64,000 bases of DNA, taken from positions 346,642,001-346,706,000 of the forward strand of contig OZ024741.1 in NCBI GenBank assembly GCA_964016885.1, written 5' to 3'. The translations under genes were made by a program, and so were the position numbers. Under the pieces are notes generated by a model. The model was given only the letters and a program-made list of their open reading frames with translations, ran no database searches and had not been told where the DNA came from. Below are positions 25,576-38,327 of this stretch, one piece after another. How positions within the stretch are numbered: the stretch's first letter is position 1; each line of letters opens with the position of its first letter. The stretch comes from Eledone cirrhosa. Taxonomy: Eukaryota.

Positions 25576-25870
25576 TTATGTAAACTATATATATGTGTTT
25601 GTGTCTATATTGTATCTGTATTATTTTTGACCGCCGGTCAGTCAATGGCACCATTGAGGACCGAGTAAGTTAGATCGCAGATATATATATATAAAAGACA
25701 GCGAGAAGCGAAAACCAACCAAACAGTGAGTGTGTTCTGTTATTAATTCTGGCAATATTACGCAAATATGACCCTCCCCAAATATAACAATATCTGTTTC
25801 GACACACGATTTCATATAAAAAACCTCGCAAAACTAATTCATCGCCGCTATGTATGTATGTATATGTGTA

Positions 25871-25946
<76 letters not shown>

Positions 25947-26780
25947 CATGTGGAGGTATGGGAGGTATGAGTACATATTCGTGTGTGTACGCATGTGTAT
26001 GTGTGTTTTTATATGTGTCTCTATATGTTTTTGTGTATGTATTTGTACATGGGTGTATGATTGATGGTGTGTGCCTATATATTCCTACATATGCCCGTGT
26101 GTGTATGTACGTACATGCACACATATGTGTGTGTTGAACAAAGGACTAACTTTGGGATGGACGTAGAAAAATTCTTCAGGAAAAAAAGAAAAAAATAATT
26201 ATTCACAAACTTGACAGGTGCGATTTGCCGGTGACCATTCTCAACACAAAAGCAATGCTAAAAGCTTTTTCCCCTGAATAAAGGAATTTTTCGAGAATGA
26301 CCGGGGCAGGCCGCACTTGCTACATTTCTCCCCACCCAACCCTACTCACCGTCTCAACTTATTACTGCTATGAACACTTTTTCAATACACCTACACCCAT
26401 GCACTTATTAAAGGGGGAGAAAAGAAACCCCCACCACACCACAGACATGTTAAATCCCTATATATAGAACAACACACCACATACACATCAGTTTGACAAG
26501 CGCACCTCAGCGTGAAAGGTCTTTCTAAAAACGAAACAATACCTCCTACGTTAACCAAGAACTCCTAAGATCTAACCAACAACCAACAACTTAATTTATA
26601 AAATAATTTTTTTAAGAAAAATTCTTTTTGGATTTTGTGAAGAAAATAAATTTTTTGAAAGCACAAGTGAAGCCATTTTTTCTTCCCCCCTGTCTTAATA
26701 TATATATATAAGGAAAAAAGATGAAATCGAAAATGCAACTGGAGTCTTATTTTAAAAAAAATATATATATTTATTTGGTT

Positions 26781-26818
26781 CCTTTACCGGTTTCGCAGTT
26801 CTTGTGCTTTTCAAAAGC
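26781..26818 (-). ncRNA. Minimal HHR, U3-A8 variant (slightly decayed copy of 46028)
   Basis: CTT-TTGAAAA-GCAC aagaa CTGC-GAAA-CCGG-TA-AAGG, within a 26705-26850 copy of the 45900-46205 family. Confidence 0.65.
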
Positions 26819-27070
26819 AGAGTTGAGATGGAGGGTCTGTGGTTTTTAAAAACGAGCGAGATGCAGGAAGGTTCTAGAATAATTAGTTAATGGGTAACTT
26901 ACACAAAGACTGAGGATAAAGTTTTTCTTCTTGATTTGTTTTAAATTAAGATTGTATTACTTTTCCCTCATCTTACATTAAACATTTTTTCATCTTGATG
27001 GTATAGTCACATATATGTCTGAATTATTGTTGGCATTTTGCTTACATTAATTTCTCTATTTTCCTTTATA

Positions 27071-27135
<65 letters not shown>

Positions 27136-27357
27136 GTATGTATGTATACGTACATATATATATGTATACAGACGTACAGTAGTATGTATATATATATATA
27201 CATACATGCACACATATATATATATATGCACGTATCGGTTTACCGAACATTTATTATAATGCTCGGTTTGTTTGTTTGTAAACAAACAAACAACCCGAAT
27301 TACGCCGTATAGTGTTTAGGCAACCACGTCAACTTTTTGTTCAACACTGACGCACGA

Positions 27358-27400
27358 ACGATGTACTAGTTTCAAGCTTATTAGCTATCGTCAGCATCGT
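27358..27400 (-). ncRNA. Minimal type I HHR
   Basis: ACGATG-CTGACGA-tAGCT aata AGCTt-GAAA-CTAG-TA-CATCGT. Confidence 0.85.
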
Positions 27401-27589
27401 ATACCTTCCTGCCAGATGGTTGAAGTCTGAAAGTATATACTTTCCTTATGCATATTAACGGCTGAGCAGCCTAATTTGCATATCGAGTGAGTTCAGTCGG
27501 CCGGGCGCACCGAAAACGATAAATGGAATAGAATGAAAGTTTTGTCGGAACGGAGGTGCTCGGCATTGAAACCTTTAATAGAACGAAGC

Positions 27590-30552
27590 AGACAACAAAC
27601 AGGACAAATTTGGGTTTAAAACCTATAATAACCCTCCGTGTAACCCAGCTTGCTACCCTTCGAAAATGATGTCTTGAAACTCATAGGGAGTATCAAATTT
27701 CGAAATAGGAGCAATTTCTTCCAGCAGGAACTGAAGAATAGAATTCATTCAATTAAGGATTCTAATGCCGTGCACGTCCACTCCGACAAAACTGGCAACC
27801 TATATCAAGTGGAGCGCAGTACTTACCATCAACTACTACATAATGCTGTAACTAAGGATTACCGTAAAACTAATCGGTGCGTCATTAATAAAATCAACGA
27901 TGCTGGGTTTAAAATTACCTCTGATCTCAACATCCTGGACCGGACCGAACCCCTGGAGCCTATTTCTCCCCACTTTACCCTGAAGGATCACAAATCCACT
28001 TTTCCGAACAACCCCTCTATTCGGCTTATTAATCCTACGACGTGCGATTTAGGTAGATTTAGTAAACGGATTCTTGATAGAATTATACCTGAAATTAGAA
28101 GTTTGGCCCCTCTTGCATTGTGGAACAATTCATTCGCGGTTATTGATTGGTTCAACGGCATATGCAACAAGGAACATTGCCGTTTTATCCAATTCGACAT
28201 CAATAATTACTACTCCTCCATCACTTTACCACTTCTACTTAGAGCTATCAATTTCGCTAAAACACTCACAGTGGTTAAGGATTTCGAAGTTGATGTCATC
28301 CTCAATGCCCGTAAGTCGGTGATTAATTTCGACGACTCTATTTGGATTAGAAAATCTAATAGTACCATATTCGACGTGAGTATGGGCGCCAGCGATTCTG
28401 CGGAGGTTACTGATCTTATCGGCCTTTCCTTCTTTTCTCTATCAAGGACGAATTCCCCAACGTGGGCGGTGGTTTGTACCGTGATGATTGTCTTTTGACC
28501 ATGACTAACTGCAGCCCACGTGCTTGCGACAGGTTCAGAAAAGAACTCACAGCCTTCTTTAAAGGCTTCAACCTCTCTATACAGGTTGAGGCCAAACTCT
28601 CGGCCGTTAATTACCTCGACGTTACCCTCAATTTATCGAATGGCTTGTATTACCCGTATAGAAAGCCGAATGAAATGCTTAATTACATAAGTAAGCATTC
28701 TAACCATCCTGCCAGCATAACCAAGAACCTGGTAAGAAACGTTTCTTTGAGGCTTTCCCGTCTATCTACTAACGAGCATATTTTCAACGACCATTCCACA
28801 TATTACAATGAAGCTCTTGCTCGGAGTGGATTTGTTGATAAGGTAGCATATACAGAGTACGAGAATAGACCTAGAAGAAATAGATCCCGACGCATTATAT
28901 GGTATAACCCACCATATAATATGGAGGTGGCCACACCATTAGCTAAGATCTTTCTATCCCTTATTACGAAGCGTTTTCCCCTACACATAAATCTAGTAAC
29001 ATTTTTAATAGAAATACTATTAAAATTCCTTACTCTACGACTCCCAAACTTGCACAGCTTCAAATTTACCTAAACTACCTAGCCGTAGGAACACGTGCAA
29101 CCCTGAAGTTAGTACTAACTGTAATTGTAGGAATCGGGTTGATTGCCCCCTATCCGGGAAATGCCTCTCTAGTAACATTGTCTACAAATGTAAGGTTGAA
29201 ACACCCACGTCCCGTAGGGCCTACATAGGATTAACCGCCAATAGATTGAAGCAGCGTCTTTACATGCTTACCCATTCTTTTTGTTACCCTCTAAGAAGGA
29301 ATATGACGTCACTTTCAGCTTATATCTGGAGTCTAAAAGACAACCACACCCAATATAATTTACATTGGGAGATCCTAAATAGAGCGAGATCGTATAACGG
29401 AAATAAAAGACCATGTGACCTCTGCGCCGCTGAGGCCATGGAAATACTCTACGCCACAGACCACATCTTAAACAATAAATCTGAGGCAATTTCGGCTTGT
29501 AAACATAAATTGCACAAAACTTTCCTGTATTACAGCCCCACATTATACCCTAACGGATAGTACGATCTATACGCGGATATTTTACGTCTTGATGTGGTAG
29601 CTAAATATATGTTATGTTTATACCATTACTTATTTGCATAGGTATGTATATATTACCTGTATGTTTGGTGAAGGTACGTATACTTTCTTGTACGTATATT
29701 TGATTGTATATGTTATGGCGTATATTTTATATATTCTGGTACATATGCTTTTGGTTATGTGTATACGTGAGTTTTGCATCTGTGTGAGTATGCGGGTTCG
29801 TAAGTATGTAGGGTTTGTGTATATGTATACTTCGTGTTTTGGTTGACGTATCTCCGAACATATGTGTATTTACATGTAGTTATGTGTGTGCGTTTGTTAC
29901 ATACGTATTTATTTATATACGTTCATTTAATTACTTGTATACACTTACACACACACATATTTATATGTGCGTGTATTTGTATACTTATGGCGATTGTTTT
30001 CGCGTATGCTAATGTATGTACGTATATGGATGCGTGTAGGTATTTATTTAATTTCAATTACCTCTGTATTTTATTTACTTTATTCTTAACTCTGAAGCCG
30101 AGAATCATTCGGTTTCCTAGTTAGAATTTTAGTCTACGACTTCAGTTATACCATTTACGTGGTTTTGTCTTTGCGTGCAATTGTTCTCCATGCTCCACAT
30201 ATGACGTATTATATTCGTTTTTTTCGTTCATTCCCAGTGAATGTCTCTATGAACCACCCAAGAGAACATTAGTCTACGACTTCTTTTATACCATGAACGT
30301 GGTTTTGTCTTTGCGTGTAATTGTTTTTCACCGCCCCAAATAATGAAGTATTATATTCGTTTTTTTCCCGTTCTTTGCCAGGGAACGTTTCCAGAAACCA
30401 AAGTATCGTCTTCCTGTCTTCCTCCGGTTGCAACGTTTTTTGAAATATTCACTTCTGCGTTCACAGATTGACTTTGTTAGTTTCAGAAGATCCCGTTAAG
30501 GGTGAAAGCAGCGATTCTTTGCTTAAACTTTAATCTGTTATTTTAATAAATA
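27590..30552 (+). mobile_element. 5'-truncated, frameshifted PLE (Naiad-like) with 3'UTR and pLTR
   Basis: ORFs 27650-28498, 28462-29073 and 29246-29560 are collinear with the 738-aa protein (SDKT, QFDINNYY, MGA, LYRDD, CDLC..E, CKH). ~140-bp tandem duplication at 30130-30370. HHR-like motif at 30479-30529. Confidence 0.9.
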
Positions 30553-30696
30553 TATATATATACATATTGAAACAAATAATTATGTGTATAGTCTGGGAAT
30601 TTATTTAACATTGCCTATTGAGTACGCTGCGATGCAACCGGTCCTAGCAGTGATACTTATGCTAGTTCCGTCAACTTAATATCATTTTCTCGCAAC

Positions 30697-30728
<32 letters not shown>

Positions 30729-31103
30729 TGTGTGTGGGTGTGTGTTTATGTGTATGTATGTGAGTGTGTGTGTGTGTGTGTATGTAAATGTGTACACGTG
30801 TGTTTCTATGAATGTGTCCAATATAATTAGAATTATCAATATCAAATACTTGGCTGCAGCGCTTCGAATCACTCAAAACGTATGAGAGATGAAAAGAAGT
30901 CAGTGTAGATCATTTGCCCTGACAATGCAACATTTCTGGTGAATCGATATATTTACAATGGAATAAATATCGATTTCTAATTCATCTGATTTGACTTTGC
31001 ACTATTGTTATGTTTCAATATTTTGTACAGCAGAATACTAGATCTTATCATATATGACTTTAGAATTGTGAACACATTTTGAACTTCATTCTCTCTCCTC
31101 TCT

Positions 31104-31288
<185 letters not shown>

Positions 31289-31293
31289 CGTGT

Positions 31294-31739
31294 ATATAAA
31301 TATTTCGAATATCCAAAGAAATACGGTTTTAGGAAGCCGTAGCTATGCAAACAACGGGGGGGGGGGGGGCTAACGCCCTCTGGTGATGTCCAGCAGAAGC
31401 AAGAGGGACAACCGTCTATGCATTTCAGGCTTAACTGGCCTTCGTCAGGACGGTCTCCTCCCCACCGCCTGCGACTGCTGGACTAGAAACAGGCGAGAAT
31501 ATATACTTTTCTCGTCTGTGTAAATGAGGTGATTAATCTCATTTGTATATGAAGCTATATAAGTTGGCTCAACTTATAATAAAAAAGACGGCTGTCCCCC
31601 TTGATTCTGCTGGACATAACCGGAGGGCGTTAGCCCCCCGGTGTTTGCATATTTACGGATCCCTAAAATCGTATTTCTTTGGAGATACGAAATATCTATG
31701 CATATTGTATAAAGCTATGCTTGAAGCGAAATGCTATTT

Positions 31740-31742
<3 letters not shown>
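31294..31742. mobile_element. Fold-back non-coding insert between microsatellites
   Basis: 31294-31417 is inverted at 31586-31700, followed by a ~40-bp tail. Confidence 0.8.
31411..31454 (-). ncRNA. Canonical minimal type I HHR
   Basis: ACCGTC-CTGACGA-AGGC cagttaa GCCT-GAAA-TGCA-TA-GACGGT. Confidence 0.9.
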
Positions 31743-31812
<70 letters not shown>

Positions 31813-32229
31813 ATGTATATATACATATGTACATGTATATACCTATGTACATGTATATACATATATATGTGTGTATGTGTGCGCGTGTGTGTATGTGAGA
31901 GAGAGAGAGGGAGCGTGTGTATGTATGTGTTTGTGTGTGTTCGTTCATGTGCTTGTGCGTTTGCGTATGCAAATGTTTACACAATAGTATATTCAGTGGA
32001 TGTTACTGTACATGTAGTTTTACATATATTCCTATAGGCATTTTTTGAATTGTTTATGAGCGTGTTGTCCTTGAAGAACCGATAGCGCTATTCATAGTGT
32101 GCTATGCAGGCAACTATACTAGAGAACCTTTGTTTGGTAGTCGCCATAGTTATCTTAATGTCAAGTTTGCATTTTTGCATGACATTTTCTTTTTGATTTA
32201 GCTACATTTTAGATTTTCGAAGACATTTC

Positions 32230-32291
<62 letters not shown>

Positions 32292-32929
32292 GTTGGCAAG
32301 AGTAGGTTTGTATTTGGATGCTCCGTGATTTACTGAATTTGATTTGTTTTCTTAATTTGTATTTGCTATATTTTGTTGCTAAGGGTTCTTAAGACTTACT
32401 TCTCTGCCCTGTGAAGGGGAGACACTATAATATTTGAACTTTATGTATTTTAAGAAAATTATCACAAAGATACATGTCTGACCCCTCCCCCCATGGTAAG
32501 TCTGCTGTTGTGTGGCAGCAGCTTAAACGTGGAGAGGAGGGAAGTAACGAACACAAAATGTGTACCACAAACACCATTACAAATAACATGAATAACAACA
32601 GCAACAGCAACAACAGTGAGAACACTAACTTTTAAAAAAATGACAATACTAACCATAGCAGTATCAGCGACAACGAAAAGGGAGACAAGAGAAACAATGA
32701 TGACAAAAACAACGAAATTAATACCACAAACAAGAAAATAAACACGCGGCACCACCAACAGCAACAAAACCAACAGCACTGAAAAAAAACACAGCGGTAC
32801 CATTGATAAAACCAACAGCAACAACACCAACAAGTGCAACGACAACAACAACATCGACACCAGTAGTAGCAGTAACAGCAGCACCAACAACAAGACCAGT
32901 AGCAGCAGTAGCGGCAGGAACAATGGTGC

Positions 32930-35900
32930 CGCTGATAAAAAGGCCATTTTATTTGCGGGGTTCGCCCAGAATGTAGAGACAGTGATAATCACGGAGGAGG
33001 AGATGGCGGTCGCAAGGATCATGGTGATTAAAGCAGTAAATCGCGTTTCCCTGAAACCACCACCCGATTTTTTTCAGAGACCAACAGCTGCGTACGCTGA
33101 CATACGGTACTATAAGCCAAAAATCACATCGGACGGAGAGAGCCACGGAGGCTCAAATTCAAAAGGCCTTGGGGTGCGTATGGGCAATCAAATCCCACAT
33201 CTCATGAGGCAAAACATATGCCACTGTGGACGTACTTTTTTCCAAGTGGAGAAGTCTCACTCTTCTGGTAACTCTAAAGAGTGAGGAGATAATATTGGTG
33301 CCCTCCTACTGCGGACAGAAGATTGTGAGGCTCAAAGTGACCCAGGTCCGGCACAACGTGCCCATACCTTGGCTGGCCGCATCTATCCTTGCTGGAGTCG
33401 AGGACAGGTCGACAATCCTGCAAGTGCAGATGATAAGGAGGGAAAACAGGTCAGGTATTGGAATGCAAATGCTGATCAAAACTGACCAGGAGTATATCGA
33501 GGCTATCCCGGATGTCATAGACCTCGAAGAAGGAGTTCAACTCCCCATAAGCGTGGAAGGAAAGCGCTCTAAGTCCTGTCTCTGTGTGTCGAAGAATCAC
33601 CTCAGTGCCTTTTTCCCACAGAAGACAGCAAAGGAGAGACACCCGCTTTTTCGGAAGCCTGGTCCACTGTTACCTGTAGCAGGGCAGGAAGTAGAGGCGT
33701 CAGGCCCTTCAATCGTGAGTAGGAAGGCAACATCTGTGGCACCCATATCAAGACCACGAACAACTAAAACAGCAGCAACAGTGGGGGCACACGAACAGTC
33801 ACAGTAGCTATACCTGTGGCGACAAATCGCCGGAGAGGGCTCCACTACCAACACCAACAGCCGTGGAGGTCATACCCCTCCCAAACCCCATAGAATGCGG
33901 CATGGATTGTGAGGCGGGAGTGGAGTGGCAAAGATCTGCCACAAAAAACAAAAGGAGAAACCCCTTACCATCACCCACCAAAAGCGAGGGCAAACAAAGA
34001 GGTGTAGCAGATTCAAGGCGACTTGCAGCAACACCATCACCATCACCCTCACCATCATCAACTCAAACACCAACATCGCAAATACAACAGGGCACACACA
34101 CCCAACTCCAGCAACAAAAAGACGGCACCCCGCTCCCCTCCAAAAAAATTATACAGCCATACACGTTGCAAAGAAAGAACTCATGGAACATATAAAGCAG
34201 CACACAGACATTACAGACAAAAATTACTACACCACTACTACATTAGACAAAATTACTACAAAATAACTACTATATAAAAATTGTCGAGATCAAACTAGAA
34301 CATTGTAAACAGTTAAAACAAAAATTCCCCAGTTGCAGTTGGGGACTTCACAGTTGCAGTTGCAGTTGGTGACTGCAGAGGGTCGCTTACCAAGAGAATA
34401 TACACGGGCATAATCTTGGAGACACCCATGGTCACCCATGGTCGACTGTCCCTTTCTCACATGATCCTTTCTCACTTATCCCGTTCCTCACCCAGCATGG
34501 TACGTGTACGTGTCCTGGGGTCATCTTGGAAGCAGAACCCCTTGCTTAATGACCTCAGGTCACTAAACATAGATGTGATGGCTTTCAGCGAGACCAGAAT
34601 TTCTAAAGCATGAGCCTTCTCTTCCGCTTTTTGTGGAGGGACGTGCTCCCATAGTCAGACGATCCATCAGCTCTCAGCACCTGTTGCGTGGAGGACTGGG
34701 CACGCCGTGGCTGATGATGCGCAAACTTGCGCTGAAGCTGTGACATCCCTGGTGTTTCCATGACAGTGAACAGGTGTGGTCGCCGTTTGCCAGACGAGTT
34801 TCCCTCCAGCTTGTCTCTTTGACGGAGCTGCAGTCCTGGATCAGCAAAACACCGAAGGATAGCGCTTGGAAGCTGGAATGTCTCCAAGCGCTCACCGCCG
34901 TCTAGCAGCTTGGTACAATATCGGTGGAACATCCACCTCGGCGTTCTATAGAGGACTAGTGGAGGGGAAGAGCGATGACGTTCTCTGGATCAGCAGTTCG
35001 TTCTCTTCACAAGAACGTACATCCCGTGGACTTTGGCCATCTTGCAGAAATCCCTGGCCTTCCGGTTCAAGTTAAGCTCTATAGGCATGGAAATGCCGTC
35101 AGCCGAGCCTGTCCGGATGCGCGCAGGTTGACGAAACCGTCGTGCACGCACTCATTCAGTGCCCGAGCATTGCTGACTGGTGGGGCTATGTCGAACAGTT
35201 TCTGTCGCATGTAGGGCAGATCCGGTTAGTGACTTAGTCAATTGTGCAAATAGCCTCGGCGTCCTCCTTTAAAGAGGAGGAAAGGCAGGCAGTTTTTATC
35301 TACCTGGAGGCCATGGCGAAAGAGATTGTGTGCTGGAAAATGTTGAATGGATTGAAGACGGACACTTTCCTCTCCGGCGAATCCCGGATTAACTTTTTCA
35401 AATTTCACATGAAGAGGAAAATCAGTCAGATATGCGAGCAGGATGACGAAACCGTCATGCACGCACTCTTCGAGGTTTCAATCATTGCTGACTTGTGGAT
35501 TTATGTCCAATGTTTCTTGTCACATGTGGGACAGATCCGACTATTAACTATGCCCATTTTGAAATTCATGTCGGCGTCTTTTGTTGGAGGTGAAGGTCAG
35601 GCAGTTTTCATCTACCTGGTAATCATGGCGAAAGAGGACGTATGGTGGACGCGCTTCAAAGTGTTGAAGATAAGGACTTTCCTCTTCGGCGAAGTGTTAA
35701 TTAACTTTTTCATGTTTTGCCAGATGAGTAAATCAGTGTGGAGAGGGAAATGCTGCATTCCAACTAATTTATTGAAAGGTGTGTAAGACGGGCGAGCTTG
35801 GTGCCAATGAATGGTCTTACTCCTTGTTTGCGCCTATAAATTGGAGGGTGGCAACTGAGTGAGGGCACTTGCCCTAGCTGTCAGGGATATCGTGCTCTGT

Positions 35901-35950
35901 ATGAGTTTTGTTCACGAGTGAGCCTCGGAGGTATTTCCGCATTTGGGTAA
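32930..35950 (+). mobile_element. Decayed L1/Tx1-like LINE (ORF1 with knuckle remnant, endonuclease start, duplicated C-terminal zinc finger)
   Basis: VEGKRSKSCLCVSKNHLS resembles a Tx1 ORF1 knuckle, DVMAFSET an APE start, and C..DETV.HAL..C occurs twice (~35110 and ~35430). Confidence 0.65.
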
Positions 35951-36094
35951 TTGTTAAGTTTTCATTTGTTAAATGTTTATTTTTTAAGTCGTCGTTATAT
36001 ACATTTCTTTCAAACAGAAAACAAACTGTATCGTCGTGTACCGTCTTTATTGTCCACTTAATAAAAGCTCTGTGTGGTTAATAAAGAGGCCATT

Positions 36095-36192
36095 GTTATT
36101 CTACTACTACTATTACTACTACTACTACTACTACTACTACTAGTACTGTTGCTGCTGCTAGTGCTGCTGCTACCGCCACCACCACCACCACT

Positions 36193-36251
<59 letters not shown>

Positions 36252-37110
36252 GTCACGCTGTGTAGATGGAATATCCCCCTTTGAGAATTTAGCCATTCTT
36301 CAAGTTACAACAAGGATCTCAGACAGATAATACTTTCCTTAAAATGTTCGCAGTGCCTAGTCGGGCTGCTTTTTGTCTGGCACCAATCTGGTATGGTATT
36401 GCCCGTAGCTTTAATTAATCTTGGATATTTAATGGGATTCACTCTAATACTGCGATCACAACTGCTATCAATTTCACTTTAACCTCTCGCATTACAAACA
36501 GTCTTGCCATCTCCATTTTAAATCGGAGTACTTTGTGATATTTTCAATCACTTCACTCGCAATATTCATGTCATTTGGTATTGCTACGTCTATGATCTCA
36601 CACTATGTGTTGTTCTCGTTCAATATGATAATATCCGGTCGCCTATGCCCAATTACTCTATCAGTGTGAAAAGCATAATGCCAGATATCATTGGTTTCCC
36701 ATCCTCCTCTATTACTTTACAAGAGAGCTCATCATAACAATTTTCTATTAACTTTCCATAGCGGCGCTTGTAGTCTTTTTGCGAAAGGATCTCATATGAA
36801 CTAAACAACTAGTTGACATTTTCTATATTCTTTTCACCAATTATGCGTTTCGGGGTATCAGAATATTTGTGGATGTTATACTTCACCGAATTTTTATCAA
36901 CAACTTGGTTTGTGCTGCCACTATAAGGCTTTCAGTAGTAAAATAACATTGCTTAAACCATAGTCATGAGGTTGTTTTTTCCTTGATATAATGTGTATTT
37001 CTTTCAAATTGCCCATGCATCCTCATTTCCAGATCTTCATTTCTCTTCTCTTCAATCTTCAAGGTTTGGTTAAACACTTCCTTATCAACCATTTCGTATG
37101 CCTTCATATA
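36095..37110 (-). mobile_element. 3' remnant of an R4/Dong-like REL retrotransposon with (TAG)n tail
   Basis: Minus strand MHGQF, HRRPDIII, IIDVAIP, KITKYSDL motifs, with a trinucleotide tract at 36100-36250. Confidence 0.6.
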
Positions 37111-37286
37111 CATATCACCAAATATAGATATACCCACATACAGACTCTCTCTCTCTCTCTCTCTCTCATACACAAATATACACAGGAGAAAGCTCTCTCC
37201 ATTCGCATATACATATACGCATGTTTTTTAATATAATATATTATATATATATTATATATATTATATATATACGCAGAGAGAGAGAG

Positions 37287-37448
<162 letters not shown>

Positions 37449-37580
37449 GGTTCCACAACAAATTTTCAATCCATACACGAGTATGGTTTGAAAATTTCTT
37501 GTGGAAATAATTCTGTACAGAACTCGTCCTTTTGACTGAGTGCTCTACTCACTACGGATATAACTTCCCGCTTTTTGCCA

Positions 37581-37661
<81 letters not shown>

Positions 37662-37670
<9 letters not shown>

Positions 37671-38132
37671 AAAAATGTTAACAATTGAAAAATATTCGCA
37701 TAATCAAAATATATACTTTATTATATATATTTCAAAGGTACTGTGTTGTTTCAGTACGTTTTCATCAGACAAAATATATGATTTGATATATGACATACCG
37801 CTACGGTCTTGATTATTCAATTCCAGTATCGGCAGTCTGGAATTGAATAATCAAGATCGAACATGCCAAGACTGTAATTGAATAATCAAGACCGTAGTGG
37901 TATGTCATATATCAAATCATATATTTTGTCTGATGAAAACGTACTGAAAAAACACAGTACCTTTGAAATATGTATATAATAAAGTATATATTTTGATTAT
38001 GAGAATATTTTTCATTTGTTAACATTTTGAATAATATAAAAAACTCCAGGAAAACCTACTGTTGAGTGCTTTTTATCTATTGTAAAATTGTATTCGTTGA
38101 GTAATCAACGAACCATACTAATCTTTGGTCAT
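37662..38132. mobile_element. Fold-back pLTR insert related to the 738-aa PLE family, with an HHR in both arms
   Basis: 37665-37822 is inverted at 37877-38036. The tail shares tgttgagtgctttt with the 5'UTR at ~15850-15870. Confidence 0.85.
37922..37986 (+). ncRNA. Minimal type I HHR (mirror copy 37714-37776 on -)
   Basis: TATTTTGT-CTGATGA-AAAcGTACTG..CAGTACcTTT-GAAA-TATGTATA-TA-ATAAAGTA. Confidence 0.88.
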
Positions 38133-38327
38133 ATATATATATATATATATGTATTATAAAGAGTCCATTCTCTGGAACTAGCTGTTAGAACGTTATGAAC
38201 TCAACCATCGTGTCTCAAAACTATATAATATAAACATACTCAAAAACACAATCACCGAATATTCTGTTGAGCATTAGTCTAAGCAGTTTAAATCAGAACA
38301 CATCCTGATATATATATATATATATAT

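Larger units (their letters stand above)
21640..25850 (+). mobile_element. Near full-length Penelope-like element with inverted 5' pLTR copy
   Basis: 21640-21796 is the reverse complement of 25633-25789, with a tail to 25850. Contains RT and GIY-YIG coding sequence and has microsatellite flanks. Confidence 0.92.

Noticed and set aside
25665-25725. Possible short 5'UTR intron in the pLTR (GTAAGT...AAACAG)
   Set aside because: No polypyrimidine tract, and the donor is altered in the copy near 57200. It needs transcript data.
21640-25789. DNA transposon or MITE interpretation of the terminal inverted repeats
   Set aside because: The repeats are asymmetric with a tail, no TSD is evident, and they flank RT/GIY-YIG sequence, which fits an inverted PLE pLTR.
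26135-26700. PLE-like 3' end with a UUGACAA-GCGC..GCGU-GAAA motif
   Set aside because: Too degraded and homopolymer-rich (possibly low-quality sequence), and helix I does not pair. Not called as a feature.
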